From Psilocybe cubensis (Eukaryota): DNA of 64,000 nucleotides. Numbering within the stretch: the stretch's first letter is position 1; each line of letters opens with the position of its first letter. Of this stretch, positions 1-11,167 are shown piece by piece. The stretch spans positions 992,001 to 1,056,000 of the forward strand of contig CM039007.1 of assembly GCA_017499595.2 (NCBI GenBank), in the 5' to 3' direction. The notes beneath the pieces were generated by a model. That model did not search any database. It was not told where the DNA came from and saw only the letters and a list, made by a program, of their open reading frames with translations. Made by a program: the position numbers and the translations under genes.

Positions 1-603
1 CCATCACATCCGTCGTCGACTGCGCTGGCATCATCCCTGAGCTCACACCCGACGACGACGAAGACATAGTCGTATGCACACTCCCCGGATTCCTCGCCGG
101 CTCATCATTACTCTTATTCCCCAGCACCCCGCCCACAATCCCGCCCACAACAGCAAGAAGCGCGACGACACCAAGCACATAGCCCCATTTCGTGCGCCAG
201 AACGCGGGGAGCTGCGAAGTCACGACGAGGCGCTGGGAACTCGCCATCGGGAGCTCGGCGTCGTGGTCGTGGTCATGGTTGGGGGAAGAGCCTGCCCGTG
301 GGGCGCCAGAGGCGATGGATCGTCGGGTGCGCGCGGGTGCTAGCGCGGGGGTGGGCGGGGACGTGGACGGGGGGTCCCGGTCTGTGCGCGCGTGCGCATT
401 CGCATTCGAATCGCGATCGCTCAAGTCTGCCTGGGATAGACGCGTGATGAGTATACTGTCACCCAAATATAAAGCACACAAAATCCCTCCTCCGCACAGC
501 GACAATGAGAGAAAAGCGAGCGAAGAACGGTGCGTACCTCGATATCTATGTACTCCGACGAGACCCCGTTGGCCTGGTGGGCCTGGGGCGCGGGGAGGGG
601 CAT
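1..603 (-). CDS. Hypothetical single-pass membrane protein, 5' part (runs off left edge)
   Basis: ATG at 603 (MPLPAPQAHQANGVSSEYIDIE), probable intron ~537-431 (GTACGC...CCCAG), then an open Pro/Ser-rich exon leading to a hydrophobic stretch WGYVLGVVALLAVVGGIVGGVLG. Downstream of the TM an alternative frame looks more protein-like (TTMSSSSSGVSSG), so frameshifts or errors are possible. Confidence 0.35.
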
Positions 604-3600
604 CTCTCGCCCTTCCTTGATCCTTCCTTCCTCAGGCGGAGGGGATTTCAGATCCCAGACGATGACGGTGGTAGCAGACAAAGGGCTGAAGCAAGTTGAA
701 ACGGGCACACTGCGGCGTTGTCAGCTGCTTGGACCAGTTGTCTCTGAATCTAGACCCCTTGATTGCTCGTCGTCTCTCTTTCAACAGCAATGCTAGCACC
801 GTCAAAGGTCAACAAGCAGCACAGGACAACACAAACGGACAGAACACAGCTCACCTCGACCCTACACACCCAACGCGTTAGTCTTCGTCGCCGTCGCAGG
901 AAACCAGAACCAATTGCAAGAACCAACAAACCCGAATCGAGCCAACGCAACCCTGTCGAATTAAATTGACACTCAGCAAAAAACTCAGAACATGTCTAGC
1001 AGTCTTCCCGGTCCATGCTCGGTCCCTGTTCTGTCCTCTTCAGTCGTTCCATCTACCCCCCTGCTTCTTCTTAGTGAACCCGAAACAGGTCCAGGGCAGA
1101 TATGTACCTATATACATACGTGCGAGTGTAGGCGAGCGTGTCCTTTGATTGGTAACCCGTTAACCCCCTTCAACCTACGCACCGTCGAATTACAGACGAC
1201 ACCTACGGCATTTGAATTTTCAAGTCTCCAATTGCAGCAATAAAAATAATAAATATCCTAAGAACATTCGCAAACGGACGTGATCATGATGTCTCTTCAT
1301 GATGAAGAAGGGAGAAGGGATGAAGTCTGAGAGGCCCGACAGGAGGACTAAGTTGAGATTCTAGGAACAGAATGACAACATCAACATCAACATCAACCTC
1401 AACTTAACATATCACATCACCACATCTCGACTCGACCTATAACAACCATGATCTATACAATCGACCATACGATCCCTCCCTCCCGCTACAGCTTCAACAC
1501 CTCGCAGTCAAAATATTAATAACAATACAGCTTACCTTACATTCCCTATCATATCTATACCACAAGTTCACAGCATCCTATCATCACCTAGAAATGGTAT
1601 CAAAAACGCCTCAAAGCCCTCAAAGCCACAAGCCTTCCTCGTCTTTACCTGTCGTCAATGCAGCTCGAGGATTTCTTCAAATATCATACCTTACCTCGAT
1701 CGATCTAGAATTTGGATCCCACATTGATCACGAAAATGATAAATGAACAACTTACGAAAGGTTCGAAGTCCTTCAAAGTTTAGTCACCAAATTTCAAGCT
1801 TCGCCACGCCGTTCACAGCTCATGATCACATCTCACTTACCCAGATAATCATAACTTGCATCGTCTATCACCTTATTTATTTATTACTATCAACGCGCCT
1901 CATGGGGAGAACAAGAACGAGCTGCAAAGGCCACTTTTGAGCTTTCAAGTTTTTCGATTTTCAATTTTCAGCTTTCAGTTTGAAGGCTAGACTGGCATTC
2001 GATACCCACACTGTCATTCGAGACGACTTCCATATTCAACATAACCCTAATAACCATAGCCATGGGACATCGGGGACGCGGACATTGACGTTGACGTGGG
2101 TATGTAATCCAAAAACCGCACGCGATGTCTTGTCATCTGCTCTTCATCTACGTCAGACACAACGCTCACAAAAACCAGTGATAACTATAGTCAAATCCCA
2201 ACAACAACAATAATAATGTTAAACACAAGTTGATGACAGTGGGCCCGGCTAGCTCAGGAGTAGGACTCACACCACTCCAAGTTTCCGACACCTCAAGGCC
2301 ACATTCGACTCCCTAGGTCCGAGTCTCGTCAGTATTCTCAGCATTCAATTAAAGGGCGGAAGAGGATCAGTGATGTCCTCTGACCTATGCTATTTTCAAG
2401 GATCACTAGCCAGAGCGCGCGCAGAGCCGCTGCGCAGCGCAGGCAGGTATCCATACACATACATGCCACACTCCGCTTTTGATATCCAGAACAAGAAAGC
2501 ATCAGGAAAGCAGACAGTACAAGCAACAGTCACACATTAAGAGAGACAAACAGAGTACCACGGTTCACAGTGTGAAGCAAGAAATTCGACTTCAGAGCGA
2601 GGAAAGAAGAGGAGAGGAGAGAGGAGGAAACATAGACCTCCCTACCCCCTACCCCCGATTCCCCAACACTTAGGCTCTCCTCTTGAGTGGACAAAGAGCA
2701 GAGAAGAGAAGAGAAGAACAAAAATTGCAACTCAAAGACTGAGAGTTCACAGTTCATAGGTATGCGCATAGCAGAAGAACGTGAAGCCGTGTCCGCGTCC
2801 CCAGGTTCGTCCCAGGCCCTAGCACTACACCCTTCCACTCGGATAGAGTGACCACTGCACTGCATTCAGGGACGTATACCAGACATCACACTCGCACTCG
2901 CACTCGCAGACCGCAACAAGTCAGACAAGGGAAATTTCCTAGCGTCTTTCCCAGAATAAGCACGAATGCGAATGCGATGTGAATGCAAATGCACATGTAC
3001 GGATACAGATATATGCGCCAAGCACAAGGGGTTAACAACGCACGGACCCGATTTCGATTTTGCTATTTGATTTGATTTCACCTCGGGACAATTTCACCAT
3101 CCGCAACGTGTCGGCCAGCTCCCAAACAAAGAACACTGCCAGAGGAGTTGATAGATACCAGATACACGGATAGATTCACTGCAGCAGACAGGCGCAGACA
3201 GGCGCCCGCTAACATGGCATCCAGGAACCACCTTTCATCGAAATTGCCACCCATCAAGCCGATGACACCAAGGACAAACCCAGAGCTCCAAATCAATCCC
3301 AATCCCAGTGCTCCAGCACAGTCAGTCCTTCATCAAACCGCATATACTCACATATAATGATACAGACGGAAAGTGGCATCTGAGTACAGTTTTTGTGGGT
3401 CTTTTGGGCTCTCGCGGTCTTTTTGTTTTTTGTATTCCGTTTTTTTTTGGGCTGTATATGTCTAAGGTTAACATTTTTTTTGTTTATCGTAGGAGTGGAG
3501 GGAACAAGAGAGAAAATGAAAAGTATGGTACTCGAATTATTAGGCCATATTAGTGTGAGAGCCTCGCCCGCTTCTAATACCATTACGACGATGAACTATG

Positions 3601-4158
3601 CTAATTGCACAATGAACGAGAGGAATAAAATGGAAACTACCAATACACATTATTTCAAGCGACGTATTGCACTCACACACATATAAAGGCGCCAAAGAGG
3701 CCTTGAATAAAAAGCGGATTGTTTTTTGCTTTATTCTCTTCTTGGCTTTGTTATCTATGCTTTGTGTCACTTGCGCTCTTTGCTTTATATTTCTTTTGCG
3801 AAGAAACGGGGACGCAAACAGCCTCACCGTTGGCCCAGTTCACCAAAACACGTTTACTAACACAGTTAAATCGGTTGGCGGTTCGAGTTAAAGTTCGTGA
3901 ATGAGTCGGATGACATATGCAACGGAAGAGTAGCGTCGTAGTTTTAATGATCATAGAATGGATGAACAAACATAAGAGGAGGTAGGATGAGGCTGGCAAC
4001 TTTGTTTGTATCTAATGCTGTCATGCTTCACGTAACAGCAAGGACAAATACAGCGCCGAGCTGATCACATCACGGCATCACGGCAATAAGCGTTCCAGAG
4101 GAACTTGGACCCGACGCCGCAACTCGTGCGCCTGACACGTCGTAAGTTGCAAAAAACG

Positions 4159-4191
4159 CCTAACACCAACGCTCCACCAAAAAAAAAAAAA
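4159..4191 (+). mobile_element. Extremely 5'-truncated non-LTR retroposition (20 nt + poly(A)) with 15-bp target-site duplication
   Basis: AAGTTGCAAAAAACG at 4144-4158 and 4192-4206 flanks CCTAACACCAACGCTCCACC-A13; same GCTCCACCA-poly(A) end as the LINE at 61262. Confidence 0.75.
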
Positions 4192-4582
4192 AAGTTGCAA
4201 AAAACGACCACACAGTTCTTCCAAGATGCTACTTTACAAATTTGAAAACGAATCAGACTCTATACCTTCCAAAAGTTACATCAGCGGCGTTGGTACTGGT
4301 ATACTTTACCCAAGGCCACTCGAAACAGTCTCGCGCTCAGTATTCTCAGAGCACCGGGCAGACATACCATGCACACAGAGACCCGGTATATTTACGCCCC
4401 TAACACTCTGCAATCAAATGACGTTGTTGTAGCTTGAAAACCTGTACACAACAATGGAAAAACATGGACAAATTATAAACTGATTCTCGGATTGAGTTGA
4501 AAAAAAGAAGTTTGAAGCCAAAATACATTCGTTAATCTGGCATTGGCACAACTTCCCATCCAACTCCAAACCCCCGTTTGCC

Positions 4583-5377
4583 CTACAAACTTTTCAATGG
4601 CGCATTCAGAGAATTTAACAATGGCTCTTTCCACGGCTGTGCACGTTCCCAATTGACAATCTCCTTCGGGAACCCCATTGGGCAAACGTTTCCTGCCCCA
4701 GAAGGACGGTCAATGACAATCACAAAAAAACCGCCCATATTTCCGGACCGTCTCGAGTCCTCGTCAAACAACTTCATCTGTAGCTTCAATTCATGTCTCT
4801 GCTCCGGTGGAAATCCGTCAACACTTTCAACCCTTGCTTCAAAGGCCAAGAAGAGCTTGCTAGACTTCGAATTCCCTTCTTCATCTACAACGGGGATCAC
4901 GTCAATGGCGAGGATATCGCGCAGCCGTCGGTCAGGGTCGTTTGCCAAATCCAGCGCTTGGATCCCGTATTTGAGTAATGAGGGCCGGTGCCTCGCGCAA
5001 AAGGTGCTCAGCTTCTTCATCACATCCTGTGCATCCGGGTGTTGTTTGCTATTCTCCACGTTGATCCTGCATGCAATCTTGTGAGTCGGCCACGCTGCCT
5101 TTTGGCACTCTTTGCTCTAAGAGGGATGTGCAGATGGCTTGAGTAAAGCATCCATTACAAGCTAGCGTATACTGACACAGTACCAGGCGCGTTTACAACC
5201 CCCACAGTTAGAGAGGATGACTCCGGGTTCCTGACGCGACTTATAGCACCATTGACATTGGGAGAGATCCTTCCGAGTGACGTTAGGGAATTGTGATGTC
5301 CCCTGACCACTCGTTGGACAAACCAGTCGTTGTTGGTCGGTTTGAGTATGGGATTCTTGAACCCCGATTTGATTCAT
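4583..5377 (-). CDS. MYND-type zinc finger protein, paralog 1 (C-terminus shortened by in-frame TAG)
   Basis: CQWC...CGGCKRAWYC|SKECQKAAWPTHKIAC, split by one intron (~5176-5117); C-terminal domain closely similar to paralog 2. Confidence 0.8.
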
Positions 5378-6035
5378 GGTGGTGGTTAGAAACTGAGTTT
5401 CAGAGTCGGTGCCAGATCTAGCCCGCATAATACCGGAAGGCCAATAGTCAGATACAAGGCACAACCGGTACAACTGGGCAATTATGACGTAGTCTTAGCC
5501 TGTTTGAGTCCTTTTGCATCAGCCTCGCCAAAACTGCCTTTTAATATGTTCAAAATCTAATACCATATTTGCAAGGAAAACTTGGATATGAGAAAAACTG
5601 ATCGAGTGATATCTGCACGCTATCTTCTTTAACCTGAGAAGCGAAAATACTACAAAGCTCACACTTGTAATGTTTCAGATATTTCATCATGTCCCAAAGC
5701 GCATTTGCCATTCCGACTGACCGACCGCCAGGTTGTGACGGTCTGCAAATCGTAGGTAGTCTGACCACCGAAGTGGAAATCCAAGCGCTCTGTATGACAC
5801 TTCCAGGCACATAGAGGTGGGAATGCACTGAATCGCCTTTGAATCGTTGAAGCAACTCCGATACGACAGATCAGTGTTTGATTTCTGCCCCGAAGCTAAC
5901 AACAACAACAACAACAACTCACTCATTTTGCCAGTAATCGATCTTGAGACTTATACACATCAACAACAAAATGAATACATTGTACAAGGATTTGCAATCT
6001 GAGTAGAAAGAAGTTTAAACATAAACATACACTCG

Positions 6036-6884
6036 CTATTCTGGCATAGGTACTGCTTCACATGCAATTTTAAATCCCCGTTGTTTTTTCTCAAGTCGTG
6101 TCAATGGCGCATTCAGGGCGTCTAACAAGGGCTCTTTCCACGGTAGCCCACGTTCCCACTTCAGAATATCCTTTGGGAACCCCATTGGGCAAACGTTCGC
6201 CACCCCAGAAAGACGATCAAAGACCATCACTAAGAAACCGCCCATACCTCCAGTCCGTCTCTGGTCTTCTTCAAACAACTTCATCTGTAGCTTCATTTCA
6301 TCTCTCCGCTCCGGTGGAAATGATTCAATACTTTTAACCCTCGCTTCAAATGCATGAAAGAGCCTGCTGGACTTCGAATTCCCTTCTTCGTCTACAACGG
6401 GGATCACGTCAATGACGAGGATATCGCGCAGCCGCCTCTCAGGGTCGTTGGCTAAATCCAGCGCTTGAATACCGTGCTTGAAGAAGGAGGGCCGGTGTCT
6501 CGCGCAGAAGGTACTCAGCTTCTTCCACACATCCTGTGCATTTGGAAGTCGTTTACTCGCCTCCATGTTGACCCTGCACCTAATCTTGTGGGTTGGCCAC
6601 GCCGCTTTTTGGCACGCTTTGCTCTAAGTGGGATGTGCAGATAACTTGAGTGCCACGTCTGTTACTAGCCAGCATGTACTCACACAGAACCTTGCCCGTT
6701 GACAACCCGCACATCTAGACAAGGTGATGCCGGGTTCTTGAGCTGACTTGTAGCACCATTGACACTGAGTGAGGTCCTTTCGAGTGACGTGAGGGAATTG
6801 TGATGCCTCTTGGCCACTCGCAGGACGTGTCAATGTTGGTTGGTTGGTTTGAGTGCAGTATTTGTCGACCTCAAATTGGCTCAT
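6036..6884 (-). CDS. MYND-type zinc finger protein, paralog 2
   Basis: MSQFEVDK...CQWC...CAGCQRARFC|SKACQKAAWPTHKIRC, one intron at the same position as paralog 1, then the 176-aa ORF to ...VPMPE*. Confidence 0.85.
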
Positions 6885-7471
6885 GGTGGTGGTTAGAGAC
6901 TGAGCATAACCAGCGCCAAATTTCATATCTATATAAGGAGGAGACACGGTGGCACGTCCTTGGCAGTATGGCCATTGACATAGCTTGTTTGTGTCCTGTT
7001 GATGGCCTGAAAGGGCCTGAATCTTGAGTTGAACATCATTTATGCGCTTTGATATGTCCAAAGGGCTGTCGATATTTTTGCAAGCTAGATCCAATGCTCA
7101 CCTCTAATGTCCAGGGCATCGTCCCTTTGGTTTACCAAACATATCCGGATCCCTGATCAATACTGGGGGGGAGGCTAGAAAGCACAATTTCCATCTAACA
7201 AGTAAATCTTCGGAATGGTGAATAAGATTATTAGTAGTTCTTGAGGGAATTCTGAGGAAAGGGCTTTACAAAGGGGATCAAGCAAGGTCGAAGGGAGGTG
7301 CGTCTTTCAAGTTGTTCAGATCCTTCAGATGAACACGGCTGATCGTATCACGGCACTGAGTCGGCAAGCGGACATATCCGACTATAAGTACAACTTTAAG
7401 AAGAGTCGTTGGCAAGAACTTGCAAGAAGGGTGTATGTATTATAGAAGTGCATTTTTTATCAGCCAATCTT

Positions 7472-7587
7472 TTAACTTTAATAGTACTGCTCTACTGAAA
7501 TTGGGGTATGATCCCCCAAAGCTGCAACCGGACGACTATCTCGTGCCGACCAACCGATAACGCTCGCGGCTCCACCACAAAAAAAAA
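7472..7587 (+). mobile_element. Short 3' tail of a non-LTR retrotransposon (truncated LINE or SINE-like)
   Basis: Ends TAACGCTCGCGGCTCCACCA-C-A9 (GGCTCCACCA at 7568-7577); resembles the reverse complement of the LINE tail at 61262-61400; candidate 6-bp TSD AATCTT at 7466-7471 and 7586-7591. Confidence 0.55.
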
Positions 7588-7742
7588 TCTTATGAGAATT
7601 ATAGTAACCTTGACTTTTGCTGCTAAAGTAAAAAAAATCTATTAGCAAGGCCTGAACCTGAAGGCGACCCACGGTGATGCAGTAATATATTCATGTTTGG
7701 TGATGAATATTAGCATAGTTCGATTCTTAATGTGAATTAAAA

Positions 7743-8481
7743 TCAACCATTGAATACCATGCCATAGTTCAACTTGGTAATCAACGGTTCTCTCCAATCG
7801 TCCATATCAAGGCCTGGAGGGGTCGAAGGAAGAGCGTGAGTGAACGCAATTGGCCAGGTTATGGATATCATGCTCTCAACGTCTGTCGTTATGACCACCA
7901 TTCCGCACAGTTGCTTATCTCGCTTCACTTCAGCCTTCAGCTTCTCCAACTCCAGTCAAAATCCCAATTCATGTGCTCCTCCGAGCTCGTCCATACGTCG
8001 GGGCTTTGCGTCAATCGCAAGGAATGCCTTTTCTGGGCGCAGCAACGATGCTCCAGGCGATGGACGGACTAAAATGTGAAACACCTCGTTCTCCCATCTT
8101 TCGATGTTTCGATGCAAATCGAGACCCAGTATGCCGTAGCACATCATTAGCGGGCGTTGCTTCATGCAGTATGCACGTAGCATGTTGTGACGATCGTTGA
8201 TAGAAGAGGTGGCCACAGATTTAAGGCCACGGATGCCTTGGCATGTTGGCTTGTGACGTGGCCATGCTGCCTTTTGACACTCTTTGCTCTGCGTTCAGAA
8301 GTCAGTGAAGTGAGTATGATATATTGTCCATAAGATAGTCAAACACTGAATAACGACGTACACAGTAATACGATGCTTGACAGCCTCCGCATTTGAAGAG
8401 AGTGACCCCATCATTTGTAGATTTCCAACAACCCTGACATTGCACGAGGTTTTTTCGAAGTCTTTTGTCTTCTCCAGGCAT
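7743..8481 (-). pseudogene. MYND-type zinc finger protein, paralog 3 (divergent; in-frame TGA at 7956-7958)
   Basis: MPGEDKR...CQGC...CGGCQASYYC|SKECQKAAWPRHKPTC; ORFs 7956-8216 and 7743-7949 are in the same frame, separated by one TGA; the distal part retains the WREPL motif (WKEPL in paralogs 1 and 2). Confidence 0.7.
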
Positions 8482-8862
8482 ATCTTCACACGAAATAGCA
8501 AGCGAGAAAGGCAAGTTGTTGGAGACAGTAGGAACCTAAAATTTGCACAATCACGTGCACTTTTTGACTTCGACAAAAACTCAACGGGTATAAGACCGGC
8601 CGATGACATAGTGAAGAAATTTCATGAGAGCATTGCTTTTATGGTGTACCGAATACATATCTCTGAATATGATAAATAACTTGAATAATATTTATAAACC
8701 TCATGGGAAGACTCGCACATGTAAAATTCATTGAAGTCATGAAATTCATCCGAACTTGGCATCAGCCTTTCCCGCGGGTGGACAACGCAGATCAGTGTGG
8801 GCGCCTAAGTGAAAAAAGCCCCAGCATTTACACAAGAGTGCGCTAGGAACTTGAGTCTTTCT

Positions 8863-9270
8863 TCAGCTAGTACTCCTCTTGAGGCGTCTCCCAGAAAACA
8901 CCTTATCGAAGCGGTCCCAGATCCCATTCCAAAAATCCCAGAACCGCATAGGCTCATCGTTAGTGATGAAGAACACCTCTCCCGCAACGAGAGAACGTGC
9001 ATAGGAATTGAGGCGGTCAGCAGCCAGAACATGTGCATCAGCGACATTCGCGACGTATGTCCGGTCGACCAAGTTAGTGTTGTGGCCATTTTGCGTTCTC
9101 CATTGACCAGTGTTGTAGTTTCATATAGATGATAGTGATTGTTGGTTGAACATGATTGTGCGGACCCGTGAACCCCATTTATATTCTTCATTTTGACGTG
9201 TGTATGCAATCATAGCCGGACAAATCAACACGAGCTCACAAAATAGTAAAAGGGTTGCGGTCTGAAGAAT
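8863..9270 (-). pseudogene. Degraded fragment of a 3-beta-HSD / sterol-4-alpha-carboxylate 3-dehydrogenase (ERG26/NSDHL-like) gene
   Basis: NTNLVDRTYVANVADAHVLAADRL...VAGEVFFITNDEPMRFWDF matches the C-terminal half of the 3beta-HSD family; stops upstream and no N-terminal Rossmann motif seen. Confidence 0.65.
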
Positions 9271-9356
9271 TCTTTCATTTGATTAAGCAGACTAGGAGGA
9301 CAAGACGCCATGTCGGTAAAATCGGTTATTACGACACCTAGATGATTTCAAAACAC

Positions 9357-10701
9357 TCAAAATATTACAAAGCAAGACAACATCATGTACCATCGACTCC
9401 CCGAATTTGAAGACCTGAAACAACCTGATCGTCCTTCTTCTCTCAAGGTCAAAGGAACACAAAGTTTGGTCATCGAATCCACAACCATGCCATCAGCGCA
9501 ACTGGCATCAAAGGCCTCCAATACAGCACGCGACCAAGAATCGTAATTTGTAGGGTTCCGAGATAGGCTTGCCTGCTCGGCATGCAGGAATTCGCCTGTG
9601 GCCGTTTTGCTGGTGGCAGCCCTGTTACAGACACGTGGAATATGAATTCCATTAATGTGCCTCCCCACAACGTTTTTGGTGGCTGTCAGAGGGCAATTGC
9701 TATCCGACGGAAGTGACACCCTCCAGGATGGAAAGCTCTGCTTCAATGTTCGCTGAAGTCTTTTTATTGGACGATCGATATCATCGGTGTACCATGCCTT
9801 GGATGACGATGAGTTTCCTGTAGGCAGTTAAACTTAGTCACGACCCAACAAGCAGGATCTAAACTCACCGATTCCTGAAGAGAGGAAAATATGATCGGAG
9901 GGACACTTCAAAGATCCCTTTCCATGAAGTTGCAGAAAGCTGCAAGAAGATGGGGAGCATCCTGATTTTCGATGTTGCCATTGGTAGATAGCTACACTTG
10001 CATCAAAAAAAGGTTCTTCCTGATAAATTTAGTTCAATTTTAATTTAAGAAAAGAGAAAAGCGATAATCACGTCATTATGTGCAGGGTCCGTTCGATAGT
10101 AATCCTGGGTGGGCGAAACAGGGAGAATGCAATTTGAATTGTCTAGATAGGCAGTACGAGTCCGACCGGTCACAAGAAGACTTCTGGATCCTGTCGATTC
10201 GAAAATATGTGCTGCTTGCTGCACAGTACCCAGATCATAACCTGGATGAGGGGCGGATATATGAAGATCTCTTGACGTCCGTGAGCGAGATGATGGAACA
10301 ATCATGAAACCCCAGCCCTTGAGGTATGTTCCGCACCGGGACGTTACTTCATACAGTACACAAAAGTTCCCAAAAGGCTCAATAGCATACAATCCTTGGA
10401 GAGAATGGGGGACTGATGTCGTTGAACAATCCCCGTCAACCGAGAGCAGCGATGCCACAGCAAGTCCCCAATCTCTTCGTTGATTTGCAACAGGCTGAGC
10501 CAAATTATACGTCGCAGCATCATAGAAAGCGTGAGGAACGGTAAAGGTGTCTAAACATGAAACCAGTGCGGTGAGAGTTGGCGATGTATGTAAACATGAA
10601 CGTGGAGAAAGGTTGAGATTTGTTTGTAAGCCTGTTATCTTCAGAAAGGTGTAAAACACAGGCTGCAGTAGGTTGACCCAAAAGGCTAGTATGGTTTGCA
10701 T
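9357..10701 (-). CDS. Conserved hypothetical protein, possibly a metal-dependent hydrolase (APHP-x-x-D, Q-x-HG, F-x-H-x-EQ motifs)
   Basis: Three exons (218-aa ORF, a short exon containing FLQLHGKG, terminal 129-aa ORF containing FLHAEQ) joined by two GT-AG introns; Cys-rich; hydrophobic C-terminus. Confidence 0.7.
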
Positions 10702-11167
10702 AGTATATGTTTGTGGGCCTCGATCTTGTTATGCACGACGTTACCATAAACCTTAGACGTCAAGGTGGAGTTTCCAATACCCCATGGCTCGAGCCTGATA
10801 CCCAATTTTTTCCACCACGACTCCGCTTTGCGAACCCGCAATTCGAACGGGTTATACGATTATTTAGTCGAGTGATCTTGTGATTATCGATGTACAGGAG
10901 GATCAATGTTGATGCAATGTCGATGTTTGAGGAAAAGACAAGATATTTGAAGGTAAAAGAATGTCACCCTGAGTACCGGTTATCGAACACGTCAACCCTA
11001 TCCTAAGGCACGTGATTCAGGAAAAATAGTTTCGCGCTTTGGAAACGCGAAAGGGAAGTATGGGCTTGACGATCCTTCCGAGTTATACACACAAATATAT
11101 ATATTTAAGACAACATCGCATCTAAATGAGCTACTATTAGAACTATTCAAAATTTGAAAAACATAAA

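Noticed and set aside
2241..2320. tRNA-like start GCCCGGCTAGCTCAG with a downstream TTCGACTCC
   Set aside because: T-stem and anticodon arm do not pair and the acceptor stem is poor; at most a decayed relic.
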